This document shows positions 46,495-57,395 of a stretch of 64,000 nt of DNA, one piece after another. Origin of the DNA: an uncultured Candidatus Rokubacteria bacterium (GTDB lineage Bacteria > Methylomirabilota > Methylomirabilia > Rokubacteriales > DASRDR01); contig CAVPSB010000025.1 in the NCBI GenBank assembly GCA_963708025.1, forward strand, positions 1 to 64,000. The letters run 5' to 3'. The translations under genes were made by a program, and so were the position numbers. Numbering within the stretch: position 1 is the stretch's first letter; each line of letters begins with the position of its first letter. The notes beneath the pieces were generated by a model, which worked only from the letters and a program-made list of their open reading frames with translations, ran no database searches and was not told where the DNA came from.

Positions 46495-48101
46495 CGGCCG
46501 GTCCTCACGACGAATTGGGCACGCCGGTTCAACGCCCAGGCCAGCTCGTTGTGGCCGGGGTCGAGCGGCCGCTCCTCCCCGTACGAGGTGGTGTCGATGC
46601 GAGCCGCATCCAGGCCGAGAGCGACGAGGTAGTCCTTGGCGGCCTGGGCGCGACGCTGGCCGAGGGCCAGGTTGTACTCGGGGGTCCCACGCTCGTCGGC
46701 GTGCCCCTCGATGAGGACACTGAAGCCGGGATTGGCCTTGAGGGCCTGCGCCAGATCCTCGAGCGTCCGCTTGGTGTCCTCGGTGAGGTCGTAGCGGTCG
46801 AACTCGAAGTAGACGTCGCGGATGGCGGAGCGCACGGGCGCCGGCAGCGCCGAAGGCGGCACCGCGGCGAGCGGCGACGGTACCCCCGGGGCGCCCGGAG
46901 TGATGGGGGCGCCGGGGCCGGGAGCACCTGGAGCGCCCGGGGCGGTGGGGGCGCCGGGACCCGTCGGGGCACCGGGGGCGGCCTGAGCACCTGGAGCTGC
47001 TGGAGCGCCGGGGGCAGCCTGGGGGCCGGGAGCAACCGGGGTGCCCGGGGTCGGGGCGCCGGGGCCGGCGGGGGCGGCCGGGGCGCCTGGGGCCGGCGGC
47101 GGCCCAGCCGGAGCGGCCGGAGCGGCCGGCGTGCCGGGCGCCGAAGGCGGCACCGCAGCCGGCGGGCCCGGCACGGCGGCCGGCGGGCCCGGAGCCGCGG
47201 CGGCGGGCGGCGGGGCGGCGGCCACCTTCGACGGCGTGTGGGTGTAGGTGACCAGCACGAAGACACCCCAGTCGGGCGCGTCGCTCGTCAGGCCCTTGCG
47301 GCCGGCGACGCTCACCAGGAACCCGCCCCATCGAAGCCGGAAGCCGGCGCGCGTCTCGGCCACCCAGTCCGAGTGGCGGTCGCTCCCCGTGCGCCGGTTG
47401 GTGTCGGCCAGCGCTTCGGCGACGAGGGAGAAGTGCGGCCCGAGCGGGTACTCGAGCGCCACGCCGGAGGTGAACTGATCGGCCTGATTGAGGCCTCCCC
47501 GGCCGGAGTAGGTGTACCCGACGTTCACATGGCCGAGCAGGCCCCCGGGCAGGGTTTTGCTCAGGGCGACCTTCCCCCCGACGTCCCACTCGTTCGGCCC
47601 GATTCCCTCGGAGCGTTCGCCGGTCGGCGCCACGGCGAACCCCACCACGGCCAGCGCCGGCGCGACGGGCCCCTCGTCGAGAACGCGGTACACGAGCCCG
47701 AACGGCAGATCATCGACACTCGAGCCGTCGTGGCCGGCCCGGTCGGCCTCGTACCAGGTGTAGGGCACGTCGAACCCGATCTGGAGCCGGTCCGTGATCC
47801 CGTAGGCGACCGCTAGCCAGAGCGTGTTGAGATCGAAGACCCCGTCGAGCTGCTGGCAGACCGCGTCCTCGCCCAGGTAGCCGAGGCCGACCGAGAACCC
47901 CCCGCCGGCGAGCGTGTTCGCGCCGAAGACCGAGAAGCCGCCCGTTCCGTTGACTGGCTGGTACGGCCGCGCCGCAGCCTGGGGCGGATTGCTCCGCTCC
48001 TGCCCCACGGTGAGGCAGCCGGAGGCGGCCCACGCCGGGACGGGGGAGAGGGACACCAGGAGGGCCAGAGCCAGAGCGGAAGGGCGGATCCGGTTGGTCA
48101 T
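46491..48101 (-). CDS. OmpA-like protein: beta-barrel + Pro/Ala/Gly linker + Pal/OmpA peptidoglycan-binding domain
   Basis: Signal peptide, amphipathic beta strands, long PGAP linker, IEGHADERGTPEYNLALGQRRA..NRRA. Confidence 0.88.
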   Translation of the reverse strand: MTNRIRPSALALALLVSLSPVPAWAASGCLTVGQERSNPPQAAARPYQPVNGTGGFSVFGANTLAGGGFSVGLGYLGEDAVCQQLDGVFDLNTLWLAVAYGITDRLQIGFDVPYTWYEADRAGHDGSSVDDLPFGLVYRVLDEGPVAPALAVVGFAVAPTGERSEGIGPNEWDVGGKVALSKTLPGGLLGHVNVGYTYSGRGGLNQADQFTSGVALEYPLGPHFSLVAEALADTNRRTGSDRHSDWVAETRAGFRLRWGGFLVSVAGRKGLTSDAPDWGVFVLVTYTHTPSKVAAAPPPAAAAPGPPAAVPGPPAAVPPSAPGTPAAPAAPAGPPPAPGAPAAPAGPGAPTPGTPVAPGPQAAPGAPAAPGAQAAPGAPTGPGAPTAPGAPGAPGPGAPITPGAPGVPSPLAAVPPSALPAPVRSAIRDVYFEFDRYDLTEDTKRTLEDLAQALKANPGFSVLIEGHADERGTPEYNLALGQRRAQAAKDYLVALGLDAARIDTTSYGEERPLDPGHNELAWALNRRAQFVVRTGR

Positions 48102-48261
48102 CTTCCGAGCGCCTCCGGAAACACGGCCGGGGTGGCTCACGATGCGCGGAATCGCGCGTAGCTATGACTAAGAGCCACCATAGCACTCCGGGCCAACCCG
48201 GAACAGCCCTTAGTTGACTTCGGCGGGGGCCGCGCTGTCGCGGCCGGCGGACCGGGCCGGA

Positions 48262-49677
48262 TCAGCCGTGCTTGCGGTCGGACGGAGTGCCGTCGAGGGC
48301 GCGGATGAAGCGGGTCGCGATGGCCCGCCGCATCGTGGCCGGGTCCAGCGACCCCACACGCGCTTCCCAGTCACGGGCCGGGATCACCGCCTTGGCGGCC
48401 GTCCGGTGGCCGCCGGCCGAGCCGAGCTGGCCGAAGGCCTCCTTGACCACGTCGCCGGCGGCCCGGACGTAGCCCACGTTCCGCACCGACACGTGGACCT
48501 CGTCCCCGGTGAGCCCCGAGACCACCGACCACTCGATCCCGGCCACCTGGAGGCAGAGGTCGGCGAATTGTGGAATGAGGTCCGGCCGGCTCACCCGGCC
48601 GAGGTGCGCGAAGAGGACGTTGTGGATGATCTGGCGATGCACGAGCGCGTCGCCCAGGGCATCGAGCGCGTCGAGCGGCAGCTCCGGTCGCTCGATCCGC
48701 CGGAGGATGTTGTGGTTGGCCAGCTCGTAGAGGAAGGCGAAGGCCTCCATGTCCGCCCGCGTGCCGCCGCGCTCGAGGTGGAGCGTGTCCGACTTGATCC
48801 CGTAGAAGAGCGCCGTCGCGACGCGCTCGGTGATCTTGACGTCGGCCGCGCGCAGGTACTCGGTCAGGATGGTGGAGGTCGCGCCGTAGGAAGGGCGGAT
48901 GTCCCGGAACGCCGCCTTGCCGCCCCGGGCTTCCGGATGATGGTCGATGACCAGGAGCAGCTCGCCGAGTTGCTCCTCGCAGAAGCTCGGCTGCACGTCG
49001 ACCATGGCGAGCCCGTCGAAGCGGGCCAGAGTCGTCCACCGTCACGTGCTCGACCTCGATCTCCAGGGCCGACACCATCGCGACGTTCTCGGGCCGGGTG
49101 ATCCGCCCGAAGGTGATCAGCGGCGCCGTGGCCTTGGTGCGGCCGAGGAGCGCCCGGAGGGCGAGCCCGCTGGCCAGCGCGTCGGGGTCGGGGTCGTCCT
49201 GGAGCAGGATGCCGATCCGCTCCTTGTCGGCCGCCAGCGCCCGGATCCGCTCGACCTTGAGCCGGAGACAGGCGCGCTCCATCTCGGGCCGGAGCAGTTC
49301 GCGGAAGAGTCGCGGCAGGAGGAGCGCGTCACCGTGGGGTACTGCGGGAGGAGCGGCGGCTCGGCGCCCTGGTGGAGAAGCAGGACCGGAACACCGGGCG
49401 CGACCTCGAGGATCGCGTCGAGGATTGGCTCGGGCGCGCGCGGGCCCGACAGGAGCAGGACCAGATTGCCCGGCGAGAGGCGGGCGCGTCGGTACACGGC
49501 TGGATCGTCCAGGGAGCCGGCCAGGGCCTCGACCTCGCGGCGGGCCAGCCGGCTCCGCGTCCGCACGTCGCCCACGATGTACACCGGCGGCTCTCCCATC
49601 TGGGAGCCGGCGGCGGTACCGGAGCCTTGAAGGAGCTGGAACAGGAAATCCGTGGGGCAAACGATGACGCGGCGCAT
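48262..49677 (-). CDS. DHH/DHHA1 phosphoesterase with N-terminal TrkA-like domain (two frameshifts, ~49320 and ~49030)
   Basis: DPDPDALAS, VIDHHP, YGIKSDT and GSAGGH are distributed over three frames. Confidence 0.8.
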
Positions 49678-49744
49678 GGACCGCCCACTATCTTAACGGA
49701 ATCGGGCCGGCGGCGAAAGCGACGAGACGACCTGTCAAATCGGC

Positions 49745-51257
49745 TAGTTAGCCGACGTCCGAGCCGCCGCCGGAGCTCCGCGTAGGGCGCCCGGCGCCGG
49801 ATCGCGGCGACCAGGCGCGGGTTCGGCCGGGTCGGCCGGGTGACCGCCAGGGGGTCGAGGATCCGGTCCAGCGCCGCTGCGGGGATCAGGTTGTGGGCTC
49901 GGACCACGGCCCGGAGCGGCCGCCCGGTCCGCAGCGCTTCCTTCACCAGCTCGGCGACCATCGCGTAGCCGAGGTAGGGGGACAGCGCGGTGGCCAGGAC
50001 GAGGCTCCCCTCGACGAGCGCGCGGACCCGCCCCCGGTCCACTCGGAGGCCCTCCACGCACTTCTCGCGCAGGAGCCGCACCGCCCGGGTCAGGAGATCG
50101 AGGCTCCAGGCGAGGTCGAAGGCGAGGAGCGGGGTCATGACGTTCAACTCCAGCTCCCCGGCGATCGCCGCCTGCAGGCACGCGGCGTCGTTGCCACAGA
50201 CTTGGTAGCAGACCATCTCGACGGCCTCGACGACCGAGGGATTGATCTTGCCGGGCATGATGGACGAGCCCGGCTCCACGGCGGGGAGCCGGAGCTCTGC
50301 GAGCCCCGCGTGCGGCCCCGAGGCGAGCAGGCGCAGGTCCCGGCAGATCTTGGCCAGGTCCACGGCGAGCCCCCGGGCGGCGGCCGAGGCGGTGAGGAGC
50401 GGGGTCATGCTCCAGGCGGCGGCGACCGGAGACGGCGCCGGCCGCAGGCGCTCGTCGGTGAGGCGCGCCAGCTCGCGAACGACCGCCCGGGCGAAGCGGG
50501 GGTGGGCGGTGATCCCGGTGCCGACGGCGGTGCCGCCGAGCCCGAGCCGGCTCAGCTCGGCGCGGACGGCCACCAGGCGCGCCCGGCCGGCGGCGAGGGC
50601 CTCGGCGTAGCCGTCGAAAACCTGGCCGTAGGTGATGGGCACGGCATCCTGAAGGTGCGTGCGGCCGGGCTTCACCGTGCTCCGCTCGGCCCGCGCGAGC
50701 CGGCGCCAGGCCGCCTCGAGCGCGGCCAGCTCGGTATCCAGCGGGCGCAGGAGCGCGAGCGCGGCCAGCCGGACGGCGGCCGGCGTCACGTCGTTGGACG
50801 ACTGGCCCCGGTTCACGTGGTCGTTCGGGTTGACGGGCACGTAGGCGCCCCGGCGGCCCCCGAGGCTCTCGTTGGCGAGGTTCGCGATCACCTCGTTCGC
50901 GTTCATGTGGTGCGGGGTGCCGGCCCCGGCCTGGAAGGCGTCGAGGACGAACGCTTGGTCCAGCTCGTTCGCGGCGACGCGGGCAGCCGCGCGCTCGATG
51001 GCCCGGGCCACCCGGGGCGGGAGGAGCCCGAGCCGTCGGTGCACGCGGGCCGCGGCCAGCTTGATCAGGCCGAGGGCCCGGATGTACGCGGGGTGCGCGC
51101 GGAGGCCCGAGAGCTGGAAGGTCTCGCGGGCGCGCTCGGTGAAGATGCCGTGGAGGGCGCCCGCCGGGACAGCCTTCTCGCCGAGGCTGTCCCGTTCGAG
51201 ACGAACGGGGTCAGGCCTTTCATTCTTAACATTCCTGATCCTGGTCTTCTGAGCCAC
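49745..51257 (-). CDS. aspA: Aspartate ammonia-lyase / class II fumarase family
   Basis: ERDSLG, AGTPHHMNANEV, QSSND, GRTHLQDA, GSSIMPGKINP. Start and stop are both uncertain (the frame stays open to 49329). Confidence 0.85.
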
Positions 51258-51287
51258 CGGATTGTTGAGAATGAAAGGCCTGACCCC
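51207..51287. repeat. REP-like palindrome, 20-bp perfect inverted repeat
   Basis: GGGGTCAGGCCTTTCATTCT / AGAATGAAAGGCCTGACCCC. Second copy at 56893-56965. Confidence 0.9.
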
Positions 51288-52006
51288 TACAGGTGGGCGA
51301 TGTCGTCCTCGGGGGAGGTCTCCCGCTGGCGGAAGCGGCGCTCCAGCACCTCGCGCGCGAGGTCGCGCGCCCCCAGGCCGAAGGCGAGGGCGAAGGTCAG
51401 GACGATCCCGCCGAACGTGAGCCCGAAGGCGATCATGACCATCTCCCGTCCGATCCCGAGCTGGGTGAGCACCGCCGCCAGCGTGAAGGCCAGCACCGCC
51501 CACCGCACCGCGCGCGCCAGGACCCGGGCCTCGACGATGCGGGCGTTCACCGACCCGATGAGGACGGCGTTCGAGAGGAAGTTGGCCAGGAGCCAGCCGA
51601 CCACGAGCATGAGCGCGGCGGCCAGGACGTTGGGGATGAGCTGGACGACCATCGAGGTCGCGCCGGACATCCCCGGGAGCGCCAGCGCGTCGATCCCCAT
51701 CATGGCGAACAGCAGGAAGATCCCCCAGAAGACCAGGGAGCCGGCCAGCGCATCGGGCTCGCGCAGGATGCCGGCGCGTGCCAATGCTTGCTGAACGCCC
51801 CAGCGCTCGCACCGCGCGCTGAAGCGGACGGCCCGGAGGACGCGCACGACCAGCGACCGGGCCACGGCGCCGATGGCGAGCCCGAGCAGCAGCAGGGCCA
51901 CCATGGTGAGCACGTTCGGCACCACGTCGGCCAGGCGCCGCCCGACGCCCCGCATGGTCTCCACCACGACGATGTCGTCCCAGATGCTCCGCATGACCGA
52001 CTCCAC
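51287..52006 (-). CDS. CmpX-like / mechanosensitive-channel TM-helix repeat protein
   Basis: VPNVL and IPNVLAAAL repeats, ALAFGLGARDLA. Confidence 0.8.
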   Translation of the reverse strand: MESVMRSIWDDIVVVETMRGVGRRLADVVPNVLTMVALLLLGLAIGAVARSLVVRVLRAVRFSARCERWGVQQALARAGILREPDALAGSLVFWGIFLLFAMMGIDALALPGMSGATSMVVQLIPNVLAAALMLVVGWLLANFLSNAVLIGSVNARIVEARVLARAVRWAVLAFTLAAVLTQLGIGREMVMIAFGLTFGGIVLTFALAFGLGARDLAREVLERRFRQRETSPEDDIAHL

Positions 52007-52082
52007 CTCCGGGGCGGCGGCTCCCCTCTTTCAGCCTACGGGACCCCCCGCAGCCGGTCAATCCGTGAAGGCCCGCTAGCTT

Positions 52083-52223
52083 CTTCGGGGGGGTCTCGGA
52101 AGACCCCCCCGATGCCCCCCTCGGTTGCGCCGGCAAAGCCGGCGCTCGGACGCTGCTCTTCACCGAGCACCGCCAGCCGCAGGCCCCGCGATACTCCGAC
52201 GGTCTTCCGAGATCCCCCCGAAG
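52083..52223. repeat. Intergenic palindromic element
   Basis: Terminal inverted repeat CTTCGGGGGGGTCTCGGAAGACC / GGTCTTCCGAGATCCCCCCGAAG. Confidence 0.75.
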
Positions 52224-52226
52224 GTA

Positions 52227-53429
52227 TCAGGCGCCGAACTTCGTGAAGCGGAGCGCGTTCGCCATCACCAGGGGCATCAGGTGGTGGGAGGGGAAGGTGC
52301 CGAGGCTCCCCGCCCCGCAGGCTCGCTCGGTGAAACGCTCGACCGCGTCGGCCGTCGCGTAGCGACCGGCCAGGAGCACCGGGACGGGGTGCCAGGAGTG
52401 CGCCGCCAGCACGGCGGGAGTGGCGTGGTCGCCGGTGATCGCGAGGACGTCCGGCCGGAGCGCCTCGATGCCGGGGATCTCCGCGTCCAGGCGCTCGAGC
52501 GCGGAGACCTTGGCGGCGAAGTCGCCGTCCTCGCCCGCCTTGTCGGTGTCCTTGTAGTGGAGGAAGAAGAAGTCGTAGGCGTCCCAGTGCGCCCGGAGCG
52601 TCGCCACCTCCTCGGGGAAGGTCCCGCCGGTCTTGACCGCGTCCATGCCGACCAGTCGCGCGAGGCCCCGGTACATCGGGTAGGCGGCGATGGCGGCGGC
52701 GCGGAGACCGAAGACCTCGGGGAAGCGCGGGAGCACCGGGAGCTGATCGAAGCCGCGGAGGAGGACCATGTTGGCGGGCGACGCGTCGGCGAGCCGCCGC
52801 CCCGCCTCGGCGATGAACGCGTTGACCAGCCCTGCGGTGCGCTCGGCCTCCGGGGCGAGGGCGCGGACGGGGAGCGGGCGCTGGCCGATCGCCTGGGGAT
52901 CCGTCTCGGACAGGTGGCCCGTGAGGCCGGGCCCCCGCAGCACCAGCACGAAGCGGTGCTCCTTCACCGGCTCGACGAGGACCTCGACGCCCGCCAGGCG
53001 GATCGTCCGGAGTTGCTCCACCAGCTCGACGCACCGGATGGTCGGGATCCGCCCGGCCCGCCGGTCGGTGATCCGCCCCTCCCGGTCCACCGTGCAGAAG
53101 TTCCCGCGGGCGGCGACGTCGCCGGGACGGAGGTCGAAATCGATGCCGAGCGCCTCGAGGACGCCGCGGCCGACGACGTAGCGCAGCGGATCGTAGCCGA
53201 AGAGCCCGAGGTGCCCCGGCCCGCTCCCCGGCGTGATGCCGGGGCCCACGTGGCGGATCAGGCCACAGCTCGCCCGGCGCGCCAGGGCGTCGAGGTGCGG
53301 CAGCCGGGCCGTCTCCAGCTCCGAGCGTCCCGTGTCCGGATGCGGGAACCCGCCGAGTCCGTCCGACGAGAGCAGGACGATCTTCGTCGTCCCCGGGATG
53401 GCCAGGCTCCGGATCAGGTCGAGATCCAC
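52227..53429 (-). CDS. apgM: 2,3-bisphosphoglycerate-independent phosphoglycerate mutase (ApgM type)
   Basis: DGLGG, PGSGPGHLGLFGYDP, DRRAGRI, TGDHATP, HSWHPVP. Confidence 0.93.
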   Translation of the reverse strand: MDLDLIRSLAIPGTTKIVLLSSDGLGGFPHPDTGRSELETARLPHLDALARRASCGLIRHVGPGITPGSGPGHLGLFGYDPLRYVVGRGVLEALGIDFDLRPGDVAARGNFCTVDREGRITDRRAGRIPTIRCVELVEQLRTIRLAGVEVLVEPVKEHRFVLVLRGPGLTGHLSETDPQAIGQRPLPVRALAPEAERTAGLVNAFIAEAGRRLADASPANMVLLRGFDQLPVLPRFPEVFGLRAAAIAAYPMYRGLARLVGMDAVKTGGTFPEEVATLRAHWDAYDFFFLHYKDTDKAGEDGDFAAKVSALERLDAEIPGIEALRPDVLAITGDHATPAVLAAHSWHPVPVLLAGRYATADAVERFTERACGAGSLGTFPSHHLMPLVMANALRFTKFGA

Positions 53430-53767
53430 CGCGCCTCCTCCTCCGGCCCATCGCCCGGGGTGAGCGCCCCGTCGCCGACCCACTCGGCGACGTGCACCCG
53501 GATCTCGGTCAAGTAGCGGAAGTCGGCGTCGAACTCGTGGACGACGATATGCTGCTCGTCGGGGTCGTAGTAGCGCACCGCGAAGTGGGCCGGATCCAGC
53601 GCGAAGCCGTCGATCGTCCGGCAGCCCTCGAAGTCGATGCCGAGCCGCCGCATGACCTCGGGCAGGGTGTATGCCTGCCCGGCGACCGTCAGCCGCCGGG
53701 CTCCGCGGCCGAGCGGGCCGAACCGGCTCTCCATCCGGCCGCGGGCGCCCGCGGGTGGCTCGCCCAT
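53414..53767 (-). CDS. Hypothetical protein
   Basis: GC3-rich ORF overlapping the apgM start. Confidence 0.65.
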   Translation of the reverse strand: MGEPPAGARGRMESRFGPLGRGARRLTVAGQAYTLPEVMRRLGIDFEGCRTIDGFALDPAHFAVRYYDPDEQHIVVHEFDADFRYLTEIRVHVAEWVGDGALTPGDGPEEEARWIST

Positions 53768-53993
53768 GACCCGAGTCTAGCAGGCCGCCGAGCGGTGCGG
53801 CAAACGGCCGGGTGGCGGCCGGGTGGCGGCGCCGCCCTTGAAGGCGCCACGCCGCTCTTGCTATAGTGACGGCCACCGCCCTTTTCCGATTATGAGCACG
53901 CGACCTTCCCCGCGCCGACCGCCGAGCCGCGACCTCGCCGGGCCCCGCGCCCGGTCGGCGGCGGCGCCCGGCCCCCATGAAGGAGGAGTCGAG

Positions 53994-55427
53994 ATGGCCG
54001 CAGGGAGCGACGTGAACCGACCCGCCGGCGCCGATCGGCGGCCGCCCCCCTGGCCCGCGACGCCCGTGCCCACCGCCGACGAGGTCTACGGGAACCTCGC
54101 CGAGCCGGCCAAGAACTACCCCACCTTCCTCGAGTCCATCGTCCACCCGAAGGACGCCTTCAAGAAGCCGGAGGCGCTGGACCGGGTCCGGGTGCTGGAC
54201 TGCTCGACCGGCATGATCATCGGTCACTGGGCGTCCTCGATGCTCGCCGAGCTGGGGGCCGAGGTCATCCAGATCGAGCCGCCCGGCGGCGATCCGCTCC
54301 GGCAGCTCACGCCCTTCGGCCGCAAGGAGTACATGGTCAAGGACAAGGCGCGGGGCGAGGCGGTCGGGCTCCACTTCCTCCACGAGATGCGGAACAAGTA
54401 CTCGGTGACGCTGGACCTCTCGAAGCCGGCCGGCCGGGACGTCCTCAAGAAGCTCGCCAACCACGTCGACGTGATCATCGAGAACGCGCCGCCCGGCCAG
54501 TGGGACAAGTGGGGGATCGGGTACCGCCAGCTCTCGAAGATCAACCCCCGGCTCGTCTACGCGTGGGTCGGCCAGCGGGGCCAGTGGGGGCCGCTCAAGG
54601 ACAAGCCGGGCATGCGGGACCCGGTGGCCCAGGCCGCCTGCGGCTTCGTCCACGCCACCGGCGACCCCAAGGAGTTCGGCGGCCGCCCCACCCGCTCCGG
54701 GATGTGGATGGCCGACCACGTGGGCGGCACGGCGGCGGCGATGGCCATCGTCTCCGCCCTGGTCCACCGGGAGCGGACGTCCGGGCGGGGCCAGTTCATC
54801 GAGTCGACCGCGGCGGAGGCGGTGATCCGCATCCTGGACTACAACTGGGCCTGGCACGGGATGGACGGCTCGATCCGGCCGCGCTACGGCAACTGGGACC
54901 TGGCCATCAACATCTACGCCGTCAACCCGTGCAAGGACGGCTTCATGATGGTCGGCGGCGGCCACGACCGCCTGTGGTACCGGATCTGGAAGACGGTCGG
55001 CGACGAGGTCCCGGCCGCCGAGGAGGAGATCATCGCCGACCCCAACCTGCGCAATGTCTCCGAGCGGCTCCCCCACACTCGCCAGGTCAAGACCTACACG
55101 CTCCTCTGCGAGTGGCTGAAGGAGAACACCCGGGCGGAGGCGGAGCGGAAGCTCGTGCGCCAGGAGGTCGCCTCCGGCGGCGTGATGGCGGTCCACGAGG
55201 TCGCCGAGTACCCACACTTCAAGTACCGGGGGCAGGTGACCGAGTTCGACGACCAGCTCTACGGGAAGGTGCTGGTCGGCTCCTCGCCGAACCTCGCCGA
55301 GAAGGTGCCGGCGCGGCTCAAGTGGATCGGCCGCCCGGTGGGGTACGACACCGAGGACGTCTACCGGCGGCTGCTCGGTCTGACCCGCGACGACTTCGCC
55401 CGGCTCCGGAAGCAGGAGGTCATCTGA
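53994..55427 (+). CDS. CaiB/BaiF class III CoA-transferase (subunit 1)
   Basis: RVLD, LAELGAEVIQIEPPGGDPLR, RNKYSVTLDL, INPRLVY. Confidence 0.9.
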   Translation: MAAGSDVNRPAGADRRPPPWPATPVPTADEVYGNLAEPAKNYPTFLESIVHPKDAFKKPEALDRVRVLDCSTGMIIGHWASSMLAELGAEVIQIEPPGGDPLRQLTPFGRKEYMVKDKARGEAVGLHFLHEMRNKYSVTLDLSKPAGRDVLKKLANHVDVIIENAPPGQWDKWGIGYRQLSKINPRLVYAWVGQRGQWGPLKDKPGMRDPVAQAACGFVHATGDPKEFGGRPTRSGMWMADHVGGTAAAMAIVSALVHRERTSGRGQFIESTAAEAVIRILDYNWAWHGMDGSIRPRYGNWDLAINIYAVNPCKDGFMMVGGGHDRLWYRIWKTVGDEVPAAEEEIIADPNLRNVSERLPHTRQVKTYTLLCEWLKENTRAEAERKLVRQEVASGGVMAVHEVAEYPHFKYRGQVTEFDDQLYGKVLVGSSPNLAEKVPARLKWIGRPVGYDTEDVYRRLLGLTRDDFARLRKQEVI

Positions 55428-56892
55428 TGGCCACCAGGAAGCCCGCTCCCAAGGCGCCCAAGGCGCCCAAGGCGCCAAGGCGAAAGTCCGGCGCGCTGCT
55501 CCGGCGGCGCGCGCCAGCGGCAACGGGAACGGTCGGGCGGCCCAGGCCCCGTCCAACCCCGAGTTCGAGCGCTACTGCCGCGAGACGTTCGGCCCGGCCG
55601 CCGTCCACGGCAAGCCCGAGGTGCTGAAGGGCGTCCGCGTGCTCTCGGCCACGCAGTACATCCTGGGGCCGTCGTGTGCGGCCTACCTCGGGGAGCTGGG
55701 CGCCGAGGTCATCAAGATCGAGGCGCCCCGCCGGGGCGAGCCCATGCGCCACTCGACGCCCGGCAACGAGGGCTTCCTCTATCCGCTGTCCCGCTGGGTC
55801 CCCCAGTCCGGCACCGGGCTCGGCTTCTTCGGGGCCAACTTCAACGAGTCGTTCATCTCGATGGACTTCCACCGGCCCGAGGCGCGCGAGCTCATGTACA
55901 AGCTGGCCGCCAAGTCCGACATCATGGTGGAGAACTTCCGGCCCGGCACCTTCGACCGGTGGGGCATCGGGTACCGGCAGCTCCGCGAGGTGAACCCGCG
56001 GCTCATCTACGTCTGGTGCGGCGGCTTCGGCGGCTGGGGGCCGGGCCGGGTCCGGGCCTCCTACGACATCCTGGGCCAGGCCCAGGGCGGGGCCTTCGCC
56101 ATCACCGGCCAGCCCGAGGAGCTGGGCGGCTCGCCGGCCAAGCACACGATCTGGCTCGCCGACTACTGGGGCGGGATGATGGCCGCCACCCACGCGCTGT
56201 CGGCCCTGTACTGGCGCGACAACGTCTCGGGGCAGGGCACCTTCCTCGAGTTCAGCCAGGTCCACGGGGTCTCGCGCCAGCTCGAGTACGCCCTCCCGCT
56301 CTACGGCCGCTACGGCGTGATCCGGGAACGGTGGGGCAACTGGGACACCGAGCTGTGCGTCCACGGCATCGTCAAGTGCGGCAAATCCTCCTACCCGACC
56401 TCCGACAACCCGCAGGAGCGGGAGGAAGGCTATCTCCTGATCTCGGCGTACGAGGACGACGACTTCGCGCGGCTGGCGCGGACCGTCGGCAAGCCCGAGC
56501 TGGCGCGGGTCTACAAGAGCCACGACGTCCGCGTCCGGGCCGACAGCCAGCGCGAGATCTACAAGGTTCTCGAGGAGTGGGCGGTCGACAAGACGAAGGA
56601 GCAGGCGGCGCAGGCCCTCGACCGCGCGAGCATCCTCAACCAGCCGGTGTGGAACGCCAAGGAAGTGGCCAGTCACCCGCACTGGCGAGAGCGCGGCTCG
56701 ATCTTCTGGATGGACGACCCGACGTACGGGGACGTCCTGTCCCAGGGGTCGCCCTTCAAGATGTCGGAGACCCCGCCCCGGGTGAAGTGGGCACTCAAGC
56801 CGATCGGCGCCGACAACGAGGCGATCTACTCGCGGCTCTGCGGCCTGACCGCCGAGGAGATCAAGAAGCTCGAATCGGATGAAGTCATCTGA
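55427..56892 (+). CDS. CaiB/BaiF class III CoA-transferase (subunit 2), probable frameshift near 55500-55540
   Basis: TGATG coupling. LGELGAEVIKIE, ENFRPG, SYDILGQAQGG. Confidence 0.88.
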
Positions 56893-56965
56893 GGGGTCAG
56901 GCCTTTCATTCTTGCCAATCCGGCCGGCAGTGTCGCGGAATGTATAGATTGAAAGGCCTGACCCC
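56893..56965. repeat. REP-like palindrome (same family as 51207)
   Basis: GGGGTCAGGCCTTTCA / TGAAAGGCCTGACCCC. Confidence 0.9.
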
Positions 56966-56980
56966 GACGAGGCGAATGCC

Positions 56981-57367
56981 ATGATGCTGAAGTGCAAGTG
57001 CGGGGTGAAAAACTACCTGGACCCGTATCCCTTCTGGAACTTCAAGGGGCGGACGAAGTGCGCCGGCTGCGACACCGTGTATGCGGTCGAGATCGCCGGC
57101 GGGGCCTCCGTGGGTGAGCCCAAGCCCACCAAGCAGGAGACGGGACCGCTCGTCCTGCCCGGGTTCGCCGACACCCCCGACTACCAGCCGGTGGTGGGGC
57201 CCGGGAAGACGCGGCCGGCGCCCCAGGCCCGGGCCGACGTCTACGGCAAGCCGAAGCCGGTCGTGCGGAACGCCCGGGGCCGCCTGGTGTCGGGGCGCCC
57301 GCTGAAGGCGGACGAGCTGGTCGGCTCCCGATCCCGCTACATCGTCGAGGGCGTCGAGCCCAAGTAA
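56981..57367 (+). CDS. Small Zn-ribbon-like protein
   Basis: CKC..CAGC. GAGG RBS. Confidence 0.75.
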   Translation: MMLKCKCGVKNYLDPYPFWNFKGRTKCAGCDTVYAVEIAGGASVGEPKPTKQETGPLVLPGFADTPDYQPVVGPGKTRPAPQARADVYGKPKPVVRNARGRLVSGRPLKADELVGSRSRYIVEGVEPK

Positions 57368-57395
57368 CCGGCCTCCCCCGGGAGGAGATGACGGC

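Noticed and set aside
39110-55556. Very long alternative-frame ORFs (39110..41749, 49329..52163, 52227..55556 and similar)
   Set aside because: Shadow ORFs or spurious extensions typical of high-GC DNA. The real genes occupy the opposite strand or only part of the frame.
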